Source: the human T2T-CHM13v2.0 reference genome, Homo sapiens
Direction: 5' to 3' (one strand)
Assembly: GCF_009914755.1 (NCBI RefSeq)
Contig: NC_060937.1
Length of the DNA stretch: 64,000 bases
The position numbers were made by a program, and so were the translations under genes. Shown one piece after another: positions 34,070 to 49,199 of the stretch. How positions within the stretch are numbered: position 1 is the stretch's first letter; each line of letters opens with the position of its first letter. The notes beneath the pieces are model-generated. The model had not been told where the DNA came from and searched no databases. It worked only from the letters and a program-made list of their open reading frames with translations.

Positions 34070-36470
34070 CTGTACATAAAATATCAAAGTAGCCCAAATA
34101 TATATTATATACTCTACATGAAATATCAAAGTTCACAAACTATATATTATATACTGTACATAAAATATCAAAGTACCCAAGGTATATATTCTATACTGTG
34201 CAAAAAATATCAAAGTACCCAAAGCATGTATTATATACTGTATATAAAATATGAAAGTACATCAAATATATATTTTATTCTGTACATAAAATATCAAAGT
34301 ACACCAGATATATATTCTATAGTGTACATAAAATATCAAAGTACCCAAACTATACATTATATACTGTACATAAAATATGAAATTACATCAAATATATATT
34401 ATATTAGGTACATAAAATACGAAAGTACATCAAATATAGATTATATACTGTACATAAAATATCAAAGTACCCCAATATATATTATATACTGTACATGAAA
34501 TATCAAAGTTCACAAACTATATATTATGTACTGTACATAAAATATCAAAGTACCCAAGGTATATATTCTATACTGTACAAAAAATATCAAAGTACCCAAA
34601 GCATGTATTATATACTGTACATAAAATATGAAAGTACATCAAATATATATTTTATTCTGTACATAAAATATCAAAGTACACCAGATATATATTCTATAGT
34701 GTACATAAAATATCAAAGTACCCAAACTATACATTATATACTGTACATAAAATATGAAATTACATCAAATATATTTTATATTAGGTACATAAAATATGAA
34801 AGTACATCAAATATAGATTATATACTGTACATAAAATATCAAAATACCCCAAATATATATTATATACTCTACATGAAATATCAAAGTTCACAAAGTATAT
34901 ATTATATACTGTACATAAAATATCAAAGTACCCAAGGTATATATTCTATAATGTACAAAAAATATCAAAGTACCCAAAGCGTGTATTATATACTGTATAT
35001 AAAATATGAAATTACATCAAATATATATTTTATTCTGTACATAAAATATCAAAGTACACCAGATATATCTTCTATAGTGTACATAAAATATCAAAGTACC
35101 CAAACTATACATTATATACTGTACATAAAATATGAAATTACATCAAATATATATTATATTAGGTACATAAAATATGAAAGTACATCAAATATATATTTTA
35201 TTCTGTACATAAACTATCAAAGTACACCAGATATATATTCTATAGTGTACATAAAATATCAAAGTACCCAAACTATACATTATATACTGTACATAAAATA
35301 TGAAATTACATCAAATATATATTACATTAGGTACATAAAATAAGAAAGTATATCAAATATAGATTATATATTGTACATAAAATATCAAAGTAGCCCAAAT
35401 ATATATTATATACTCTACATGAAATATCAAAGTTCACAAACTATATATTATATACTGTACATAAAATATCAAAGTACCCAAGGTATATATTCTATACTGT
35501 GCAAAAAATATCAAAGTACCCAAAGCATGTATTATATACTGTATATAAAATATGAAAGTACATCAAATATATATTTTATTCTGTACATAAAATATCAAAG
35601 TACACCAGATATATATTCTATAGTGTACATAAAATATCAAAATACCCAAACTATACATTATATACTGTACATAAAATATGAAATTACATCAAATATATAT
35701 TATATTAGGTACATAAAATACGAAAGTACATCAAATATAGATTATATACTGTACATAAAATATCAAAGTACCCCAATACATATTATATACTGTACATGAA
35801 ATATCAAAGTTCACAAACTATATATTATGTACTGTACATAAAATATCAAAGTACCCAAGGTATATATTCTATACTGTACAAAAAATATCAAAGTACCCAA
35901 AGCATGTATTATATACTGTACATAAAATATGAAAGTACATCAAATATATATTTTATTCTGTACATAAACTATCAAAGTACACCAGATATATATTCTATAG
36001 TGTACATAAAATATCAAAGTACCCAAACTATACATTATATACTGTACATAAAATATGAAATTACATCAAATATATATTACATTAGGTACATAAAATATGA
36101 AAGTATATCAAATATAGATTATATATTGTACATAAAATATCAAAGTACCCCAAATATATATTATATACTCTACATGAAATATCAAAGTTCACAAACTATA
36201 TATTATATACTGTACATAAAATATCAAAGTACCCAAGGTATATATTCTATAATGTACAAAAAATATCAAAGTACCCAAAGCGTGTATTATATACTGTATA
36301 TAAAATATGAAATTACATCAAATATATATTTTATTCTGTACATAAAATATCAAAGTACACCAGATATATCTTCTATAGTGTACATAAAATATCAAAGTAC
36401 CCAAACTATACATTATATACTGTACATAAAATATGAAATTACATCAAATATATATTATATTAGGTACATA
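34070..36470. repeat. Tandem duplication, period 1301 bp
   Basis: ORFs 34495/35796 are offset by 1301. Markers agtagcccaaa (34088/35389), actgtgcaaaa (34195/35496), a 1-bp deletion ccccaat (about 34470/35771) and gatatatcttct (35062/36363) share that offset. Confidence 0.88.
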
Positions 36471-39400
36471 AAATATGAAAGTACATCAAATATAGATTAT
36501 ATACTGTACATTAAATACCAAAGTACCCCAAATATATATTTTATACTGTACATGAAAAATCAAACTTCACAAACTATATATTATATACTGTACATAAATT
36601 ATCAAAGTACCCAAGGTATATATTCTATACTGTACAAAAAATGTCAAAGTACCCAAAGCATGCATTATATACTGTACATAAAATATGAAAGTACATCAAA
36701 TATATATTTTATTCTGTACATAATATATCAAAGTACACCAGATATATATTCTATAGTGTACATAAAATAACAAAGTACACAAACTATACATTATATACTG
36801 TACATAAAATATGAAATTACATCAAATATATATTAGGTACATAAAATATGAAAGTACATCAAATATAGATTATATACTGTACATAAAATATCAATGTACC
36901 CCAAATATATATTTTATACTATACATGAAATATCAAAGTTCACAAACCATATATTCTATACTGTACATAAAATATCAAAGTACCCAAGGTATATGTTCTA
37001 TACTGTACAAAAAATATCAAAGTACCCAAAGCATGTATTATATACTGTACATAAAATATGAAAGTACATCAAATATATATTTTATTCCGTACATAAAATA
37101 TCAAAGAACACCAGATATATATTCTACAGTGTACATAAAATATCAAAGTACACAAACTATACATTATACACTGTACATAAAATATGAGATTACATCAAAT
37201 ATATATTATATTAGGTACAAAAAATATGAAAGTACATTAAATATAGATTATATACTGTACATTAAATACCAAAGTACCCCAAATATATATTTTATACTGT
37301 ACATGAAATATCAAAGTTCACAAACTATATATTATATACTGTACATATAATATCAAAGTACCCAAGGTATATATTCTATACTGTACAAAAAATATCAAAG
37401 TACCCAAAGCATGTATTATATACTGTATATAAAATATGAAAGTACATCAAATATATATTTTATTCTGTACATAAAATATCAAAGTACACCAGATATATAT
37501 TCTATAGGTTACATAAAATAACAAAGTACACAAACTATAAATTATATACTGTACATAAAATATGAAATTACATCAAATATATATTAGGTACATAAAATAT
37601 GAAAGTACATCAAATATAGATTATATACTGTACATAAAATATCAATGTACCCCAAATATATATTTTAAACTCGACATGAAATATCAAAGTTCACAAACCA
37701 TATAATATATACTGTACATAAAATATCAAAGTACCCAAGGTGTATATTCTATACTGTACAAAAAATATCAAAGTACCCAAAGCATGTATTATATACTGTA
37801 CATAAAATATGAAAGTACATCAAATATATATTTTATTCTGTACATAAAATATCAAAGTACACCAGATAAATATTCTATAGTGTACATAAAATATCAAAGT
37901 ACCCAAACTATACATTATATACTGTACATAAAATATGAAATTACATCAAATATATATTATATTAGGTACATAAAATATGAAAGTACATCAAATATAGATT
38001 ATATACTGTACATTAAATACCAAAGTACCCCAAATATATATTTTATACTGTACATGAAATATCAAAGTTCACAAACTATATATTATATACTGTACATATA
38101 ATATCAAAGTACCGAAGGTATATATTCTATACTGTACAAAAAATATCAAAGTACCCAAAGCATGTATTATATACAGTACATAAAATATGAAAGTATATTA
38201 TATATATATTTTATTCTGTACATAAAATATCAAAGTACACCAGATATATATTCTATAGTGTACATAAAATAACAAAGTACACAAACTATAAATTATATAC
38301 TGTACATAAAATATGAAATTACATCAAATATATATTAGGTACATAAAATATGAAAGTACATCAAATATAGATTATATACTGTACATAAAATATCAATGTA
38401 CCCCAAATATATATTTTATACTCTACATGAAATACCAAAGTTCACAAACCATATATTATATACTGTACATAAAATATCAAAGTACCCAAGGTATATATTC
38501 TATACTGTACAAAAAATATCAAAATACCCAAAGCATGTATTATATACTGTACATAAAATATGAAAGTACATCAAATATCTATTTTATTCTGTACATAAAA
38601 TATCAAAGTACACCAGATATATATTCTATAGTGTACAAAAAATATCAAAGTACCCAAACTATACATTATATACTGTACATAAAATATGAAATTACATCAA
38701 ATATATATTATATTAGGTACATAAAATATGAAAGTACATCAAATATAGATTATACACTGTACATAAAATATCAAAGTACCCCAAATATATCTTATATACT
38801 CTACATAAAATATCAAAGTTCACAAACTATATATTATATACTGTACATAAAATAAATTCCTCAAGGTATATATTCTATACTGTAGAAAAAATATCAAAGT
38901 ACCCAAAGCATGTATTATATACTGTATATAAAATATGAAAGTACATCAAATATATATTTTATTCTGTACATAATATATCAAAGTACACCAGATATATATT
39001 CTATAGTGTACATAAAATAACAAAGTACAAAAACTATAAATTATATACTGTACATAAAATATGAAATTACATCAAATATATATTAGGTACATAAAATATG
39101 AAAGTACATCAAATATAGATTATATACTGTACATAAAATTTCAATGTACCCAAATATATATTTTATACTCTACATGAAATATCAAAGTTCACAAACCATA
39201 TATTGTATACTGTACATAAAATATCAAAGTACCCAAGGTTTATGTTCTATACTGTACAAAAAATATCAAAGTACCCAAAGCATGTATTATATACTGTGCA
39301 TAAAATATGAAAGTACATCAAGTATATATTTTATTCCGTACATAAAATATCAAAGTACACCAGATATATATTCTATAGTGTACATAAAATATCAAAGTAC

Positions 39401-39699
39401 ACAAACTATACATTATATACTGTACATAAAATATGAAATTACATCAAATATATATTATATAAGGTACATAAAATATGAAAGTACATCAAATATAGATTAT
39501 ATACTGTACATTAAATACCAAAGAACCCCAAATATATATTATATACTCTACATGAAATATCAAAGTTCACAAACTATATATTATATACTGTACATAAAAT
39601 ATCAAAGTACCCAAGGTATATATTCTGTAATGTACAAAAAATATCAAAGTACCCAAAAGCGTGTATTATATACTGTATATAAAATATGAAATTACATCA

Positions 39700-42600
39700 A
39701 ATATATATTTTATTCTGTACATAAAATATCAAAGTACACCAGATATATATTCTATAGTGTACATAAAATATCAAAGTACCCAAACTATACATTATATACT
39801 GTACATAAAATATGAAATTACATCAAATATATATTATATTAGGTACATAAAATATGAAAGTACATCAAATATAGATTATATACTGTACATTAAATACCAA
39901 AGTACCCCAAATATATATTTTATACTGTACATGAAATATCAAAGTTCACAAGCTATATATTATATACTGTACATAAAATATCAAAGTACCCAAGGTATAT
40001 GTTCTATACTGCACAAAAAATATCAAAGTACCCAAAGCATGTATTATATACTGTACCTAAAATATGAAAGTACATCAAATATATATTTTATTCTGTACAT
40101 AAAATATCAAAGTACACCAGATATATATTCTATAGTGTACATAAAATATCAAAGTACTCAAACTATACATTATATACTGTACATAAAATATGAAATTACA
40201 TCAAATATATATTATATTAGGTACATAAAATATGAAAGTACATCAAATATAGATTATACACTGTACATAAAATATCAAAGTACCCCAAATATATATTTTA
40301 TACTCTACATGAAATATCAAAGTTCACAAACCATATATTATATACTGTACATAAAATATCAAAGTACCCAAGGTATATATTCTATACTATACAAAAAATA
40401 TCAAAGTACCCAAAGCATGTATTATATACTGTACCTAAAATATGAAAGTACATCAAATATATATTTTATTCTGTACATAAAATATCAAAGTACACCAGAT
40501 ATATATTCTATAGTGTACATAAAATATCAAAGTACCCAAACTATACATTATATACTGTACATAAAATATGAAATTACATCAAATATATATTATATTAGGT
40601 ACATAAAATATGAAAGTACATCAAATATAGATTATATACTGTACATTAAATACCAAAGTACCCCAAATATATATTTTATACTGTACATGAAATATCAAAG
40701 TTCACAAACTATATATTATATACTGTACATATAATATCAAAGTACCCAAGGTATATATTCTATACTGTACAAAAAACATCAAAGTACCCAAAGCATGTAT
40801 TATATACAGTACATAAAATATGAAAGTACATCAAATATATATTTTATTCTGTACATAAAATATCAAAGTACAGCAGATATATATTCTATAGTGTACATAA
40901 AATAAAAAAGTACACAAACTATAAATTATATACTGTACATAAAATATGAAATTACATCAAATATATATTAGGTACATAAAATATGAAAGTACATCAAATA
41001 TAGATTATACACTGTACATAAAATATCAATGTACCCCAAATATATATTTTATACTCTACATGAAATACCAAAGTTCACAAACCATATATTATATACTGTA
41101 CATAAAATATCAAAGTACCGAAGGTATATATTCTATACTGTACAAAAAATATCAAAGTACCCAAAGCATGTATTATATACTGTACATAAAATATGAAAGT
41201 ACATCAAATATATATTTTATTCTGTACATAAAATATCAAAGTACACCAGATATATATTCTATAGTGTACATAAAATATCAAAGTACCCAAACTATACATT
41301 ACATACTATACATAAAATATGAAATTACATCAAATATATATTATATTAGGTACATAAAATATGAAAGTACATCAAATATAGATTATACACTGTACATAAA
41401 ATATCAAAGTACCCCAAATATATATTATATACTCTACATGAAATATCAAAGTTCACAAACTATATATTATATACTGTACATAAAATAAAGTCCCCAAGGT
41501 ATATATTCTATACTGTAGAAAAAATATCAAAGTACCCAAAGCATGTATTATATACTGTATATAAAATATGAAATTACATCAAATATATATTTTATTCTGT
41601 ACATAATATATCAAAGTACACCAGATATATATTCTATAGTGTACATAAAATAACAAAGTACAAAAACTATAAATTATATACTGTACATAAAATATGAAAT
41701 TACATCAAATATATATTAGGTACAAAAAATATGAAAGTACATCAAATATAGATTATATACTGTACATAAAATTTCAATGTACCCCAAATATATATTTTAT
41801 TCTCTACATGAAATATCAAAGTTCACAAACCATATATTATATACTGTACATAAAATATCAAAGTACCCAAGGTATATATTCTATACTATACAAAAAATAT
41901 CAAAGTACCCAAAGCATGTATTATATACTGTACCTAAAATATGAAAGTATATCAAATATATATTTTATTCTGTACATAAAATATCAATGTACACCAGATA
42001 TATATTCTATAGTGTACATAAAATATCAAAGTACCCAAACTATACATTATATACTGTACATAAAATATGAAATTACATCAAATATATATTATATTAGGTA
42101 CATAAAATATGAAAGTACATCAAATATAGATTATATACTGTACATTAAATACCAAAGTACCCCAAATATATATTTTATACTGTACATGAAATATCAAAGT
42201 TCACAAACTATATATTATATACTGTACATAAAATATCAAAGTACCCAAGGTATATGTTCTATACTGTACAAAAAATATCAAAGTACCCAAAGCATGTATT
42301 ATATACTGTACCTAAAATATGAAAGTATATCAAATATATATTTTATTCTGTACATAAAATATCAAAGTACACCAGATATATATTCTATAGTGTACATAAA
42401 ATATCAAAGTACTCAAACTATACATTATATACTGTACATAAAATATGAAATTACATCAAATATATATTATATTAGGTACATAAAATATGAAAGTACATCA
42501 AATATAGATTATACACTGTACATAAAATATCAAAGTACCCCAAATATATATTTTATACTCTACATGAAATATCAAAGTTCACAAACCATATATTATATAC

Positions 42601-44200
42601 TGTACATAAAATATCAAAGTACCCAAGGTATATATTCTATACTATACAAAAAATATCAAAGTACCCAAAGCTTGTATTATATACTGTACCTAAAATATGA
42701 AATTACATCAAATATATATTTTATTCTGTACATAAAATATCAAAGTACACCAGATATATATTCTATAGTGTACATAAAATATCAAAGTACCCAAACTATA
42801 CATTATATACTGTACATAAAATATGAAATTACATCAAATATATATTATATTAGGTACATAAAATATGAAAGTACATCAAATATAGATTATATACTGTACA
42901 TTAAATACCAAAGTACCCCAAATATATATTTTATACTGTACATGAAATATCAAAGTTCACAAACTATATATTATATACTGTACATATAATATCAAAGTAC
43001 CCAAGGTATATATTCTATACTGTACAAAAAACATCAAAGTACCCAAAGCATGTATTATATACAGTACATAAAATATGAAAGTACATCAAATATATATTTT
43101 ATTCTGTACATAAAATATCAAAGTACAGCAGATATATATTCTATAGTGTACATAAAATAACAAAGTACACAAACTATAAATTATATACTGTACATAAAAT
43201 ATGAAATTACATCAAATATATATTAGGTACATAAAATATGAAAGTACATCAAATATAGATTATACACTGTACATAAAATATCAATGTACCCCAAATATAT
43301 ATTTTATACTCTACATGAAATACCAAAGTTCACAAACCATATATTATATACTGTACATAAAATATCAAAGTACCGAAGGTATATATTCTATACTGTACAA
43401 AAAATATCAAAGTACCCAAAGCATGTATTATATACTGTACATAAAATATGAAAGTACATCAAATATATATTTTATTCTGTACATAAAATATCAAAGTACA
43501 CTAGATATATATTCTATAGTGTACATAAAATATCAAAGTACCCAAACTATACATTATATACTATACATAAAATATGAAATTACATCAAATATATATTATA
43601 TTAGGTACATAAAATATGAAAGTACATCAAATATAGATTATACACTGTACATAAAATATCAAAGTACCCCAAATATATATTATATACTCTACATGAAATA
43701 TCAAAGTTCACAAACTATATATTATATACTCTACATAAAATAAAGTCCCCAAGGTATATATTCTATACTGTAGAAAAAATATCAAAGTACCCAAAGCATG
43801 TATTATATACTGTATATAAAATATGAAATTACATCAAATATATATTTTATTCTGTACATAATATATCAAAGTACACCAGATATATATTCTATAGTGTACA
43901 TAAAATAACAAAGTACAAAAACTATAAATTATATACTGTACATAAAATATGAAATTACATCAAATATATATTAGGTACAAAAAATATGAAAGTACATCAA
44001 ATATAGATTATATACTGTACATAAAATTTCAATGTACCCCAAATATATATTTTATTCTCTACATGAAATATCAAAGTTCACAAACCATATATTATATACT
44101 GTACATAAAATATCAAAGTACCCAAGGTATATATTCTATACTATACAAAAAATATCAAAGTACCCAAAGCATGTATTATATACTGTACCTAAAATATGAA
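39700..44200. repeat. Tandem duplication, period 2255 bp (6 units)
   Basis: ORFs 40946/43201 and 41694/43949 are offset by 2255. Markers agtacagcagat (40868/43123) and taccgaagg (41116/43371) share that offset. 2255 = 6x378 - 5 - 5 - 3. Confidence 0.9.
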
Positions 44201-47200
44201 ATACATCAAATATATATTTTATTCTGTACATAAAATATCAAAGTACACCAGATATATATTCTATAGTGTACATAAAATATCAAAGTACCCAAACTATACA
44301 TTATATACTGTACATAAAATATGAAATTACATCAAATATATTTTATATTAGGTACATAAAATATGAAAGTACATCAAATATAGATTATATACTGTACATT
44401 AAATACCAAAGTATCCCAAATATATATTTTATACTGTACATGAAATATCAAAGTTCACAAACTATATATTATATACTGTACATATAGTATCAAAGGTACC
44501 CAAGGTATATATTCTATACTGTACAAAAAATAACAAAGTACCAAAAGCATGTATAATATACTGTACATAAAATATGAAAGTACATCAAATATATATTTTA
44601 TTCTGTACATAAAATATCAAAGTACACCAGATATATATTCTATAGTGTACATAAAATATCAAAGTACCCAAACTATACATTATATACTGTATATAAAATA
44701 TGAAATTACATCAAATATATTTTATATTAGGTACATAAAATATGAAAGTACATCAAATATAGATTATATACTGTACATTAAATACCAAAGTACCCCAAAT
44801 ATATATTTTATACTGTACATGAAATATCAAAGTTCACACACTATATATTATATACTTTACATAAGATATCAAAGTACCCAAGGTATATATTCTATACTGT
44901 ACAAAAAATATCAAAGTACCCAAAGCATGTATTATATACTGTACATAAAATATGAAACTACATCAAGTATATATTTTATTCTGTACATAATATATCAAAG
45001 TACACCAGATATATATTCTATAGTGTACATAAAATAACAAAGTACACAAACTATACATTATATACTGTACATAAAATATGAAATTACATCAAATATATAT
45101 TAGGTACATAAAATATGAAAGTACATCAAATATAGATTATATACTGTACATAAAATATCAATGTACCCCAAATATATATTTTATACTATACATCAAATAT
45201 CAAAGTTCACAAACCATATATTGTATACTGTACATAAAATATCAAAGTACCCAAGGTATATGTTCTATACTGTACAAAAAATATCAAAGTACCCAAAGCA
45301 TGTATTATATACTGTACATAAAATATGAAAGTACATCAAATATATATTTTATTCCGTACATAAGATATCAAAGTACACCAGATATATATTCTATAGTGTA
45401 CATAAAATATCAAAGTACACAAACTATACATTATATACTGTACATAAAATATGAAATTACATCAAATATATATTATATAAGGTACATAAAATATGAAAGT
45501 ACATCAAATATAGATTATATACTGTACATTAAATACCAAAGAATCCCAAATATATATTATATACTCTACATGAAATATCAAAGTTCACAAACTATATATT
45601 ATATACTGTACATAAAATATCAAAGTACCCAAGGTATATATTCTATACTGTACAAAAAATATCAAAGTATCCAAAGCATGTATTATATACTGTATATAAA
45701 ATATGAAAGTACATCAAATATATATTTTATTCTGTACATAAAATATCAAAGTACACCAGATATATATTCTATAGTGTACTCAAAATAACAAAGTACAAAA
45801 ACTATAAATTATATACTGTACATAAAATATGAAATTACATCAAATATATATTAGGTACATAAATTATGAAAGTACATCAAATATAGATTATATACTGTAC
45901 ATAAAATATCAATGTACCCCAAATATATATTTTATACTCTACATGAAATACCAAAGTTCACAAACCATATATTATATACTGTACATAAAATATCAAAGTA
46001 CCCAAGGTAGATATTCTATACTGTACAAAAAATATCAAAGTACCCAAAGCATGTATTATATACTGTACATAAAATATGAAAGTACATCAAATATATATTT
46101 TATTCTGTACATAAAATATCAAAGTACACCAGATATATATTCTATAGTGTACATAAAATATCAAAGTACCCAAACTATACATTATATACTGTACATAAAA
46201 TATGAAATTACATCAAATATATATTATATTAGGTACATAAAATATGAAAGTACATCAAATATAGATTATATACTGTACATTAAATACCAAAGTACCCCAA
46301 ATATATATTATATACTCTACATGAAATATCAAAGTTCACAAACTATATATTATATACTGTACATAAAATATCAAAGTACCCAAGGTATATATTCTATAAT
46401 GTACAAAAAATATCAAAGTACCCAAAGCGTGTATTATATACTGTATATAAAATATGAAATTACATCAAATATATATTTTCTTCTGTACATAAAATATCAA
46501 AGTACACCAGATATATATTCTATAGTGTACATAAAATATCAAAGTACCCAAACTATACATTATATACTGTACATAAAATATGAAATTACATCAAACATAT
46601 ATTATATTAGGTACATAAAATATGAAAGTACATCAAATATAGATTATATACTGTACATTAAATACCAAAGTACCCCAAATATATATTTATACTGTACATG
46701 AAATATCAAAGTTCACAAACTCTATATTATATACTGTACATAAAATATCAAAGTACCCAAGGTATATATTCTATACTGTAGAAAAAATATCAAAGTACCC
46801 AAAGCATGTATTATATACTGTACCTAAAATATGAAAGTACATCAAATATATATTTTATTCTGTACATAAAATATCAAAGTACACCAGATATATATCCTAT
46901 AGTGTACATAAAATATCAAAGTACCCAAACTATACATTATATACTGTACATAAAATATGAAATTACATCAAATATATATTATATTAGGTACATAAAATAT
47001 GAAAGTACATCAAATATAGATTATACACTGTACATAAAATATCAAAGTACCCCAAATATATATTATATACTCTACATGAAATATCAAAGTTCACAAACTA
47101 TATATTATATACTGTACATAAAATAAAGTCCCCAAGGTATATATTCTATACTGTAGAAAAAATATCAAAGTACCCAAAGCATGTATTATATACTGTATAT

Positions 47201-49199
47201 AAAATATGAAAGTACATCAAATATATATTTTATTCTGTACATAATATATCAAAGTACACCAGACATATATTCTATAGTGTACATAAAATAACAAAGTACA
47301 AAAACTATATATTATATACTGTACATAAAATATGAAATTACATCAAATATATATTAGGTACATAAAATATGAAAGTACATCAAATATAGATTATATACTG
47401 TACATAAAATTTCAATGTACCCCAAATATATATTTTATACTCTACATGAAATATCAAAGTTCACAAACCATATATTCTATACTGTACATAAAATATCAAA
47501 GTACCCAAGGTATATATTCTATACTATACAAAAAATATCAAAGTACCCAAAGCATGTATTATATACTGTACCTAAAATATGAAAGTACATCGAATATGTA
47601 TTTTATTCTGTACATAAAATATCAAAGTACACCAGATATATATTCTATAGTGTACATAAAATATCAAAGTACCCAAACTATACATTATATACTGTACATA
47701 AAATATGAAATTACATCAAATATATTTTATATTAGGTACATAAAATATGAAAGCACATCAAATATAGATTATATACTGTACATAAAATACCAAAGTAACC
47801 CAAATATATATTTTATACTGTACATGAAATATCAAAGTTCACAAACTATATATTATATACTGTACATATAATATCAAAGTACCCAAGGTATATATTCTAT
47901 ACTGTACAAAAAATAACAAAGTACCAAAAGCATGTATAATATACTGTACATAAAATATGAAAGTACATCAAATATATATTTTATTCTGTACATAAAATAT
48001 CAAAGTACACCAGATATATATTCTACAGTGTACATAAAATATCAAAGTACCCAAACTATACATTATATACTGTAAATAAAATATGAAATTACATCAAATA
48101 TATTTTATATTAGGTACATAAAATATGAAAGTACATCAAATATAGATTATATACTGTACATTAAATACCAAAGTACCCCAAATATATATTTTATACTGTA
48201 CATGAAATATCAAAGTTCACAAACTATATATTATATACTTTACATAAATTATCAAAGTACCCAAGGTATATATTCTATACTGTACAAAAAATATCAAAGT
48301 ACCCAAAGCATGTATTATATACTGTACATAAAATATGAAAGTACATCAAATATATATTTTATTCTGTACATAATATATCAAAGTACACCAGATATATATT
48401 CTATAGTGTACATAAAATAACAAAGTACACAAACTATACATTATATACTGTACATAAAATATGAAATTACATCAAATATATATTAGGTACATAAAATATG
48501 AAAGTACATCAAATATAGATTATATACTGTACATAAAATATCAATGTACCCCAAATATATATTTTATACTATACATGAAATATCAAAGTTCACAAACCAT
48601 ATATTGTATACTGTACATAAAATATCAAAGTACCCAAGGTATATGTTCTATACTGTACAAAAAATATCAAAGTACCCAAAGCATGTATTATATACTGTAC
48701 ATAAAATATGAAAGTACATCAAATATATATTTTATTCCGTAAATAAAATATCAAAGTACACCAGATATATATTCTATAGTGTACATAAAATATCAAAGTA
48801 CACAAACTATACATTATATACTGAACATAAAATATGAAATTACATCAAATATATATTATATAAGGTACATAAAATATGAAAGTACATCAAATATAGATTA
48901 TATACTGTACATTAAATACCAAAGAACCCTAAATATATATTATATACTCTACATGAAATATCAAAGTTCACAAACTATATATTATATACTGTACATAAAA
49001 TATCAAAGTACCCAAGGTATATATTCTATACTGTACAAAAAACATCAAAGTACCCAAAGCATGTATTATATACAGTACATAAAATATGAAAGTACATCAA
49101 ATATATATTTTATTCTGTACATAAAATATCAAAGTACACCAGATATATATTCTATAGTGTACATAAAATAACAAAGTACACAAACTATAAATTATATAC

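Larger units (their letters stand above)
12300..47200. repeat. Sub-domain B: units carrying the 3-bp-deletion variant (aaaataaagtccccaagg / aaaataaattccccaagg followed by actgtagaaaaa)
   Basis: The variant was seen at about 12305, 15347, 18385, 21392, 23275, 26657, 29287, 33045, 38852, 41485, 43740 and 47123. I did not notice it outside this interval. Confidence 0.8.
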
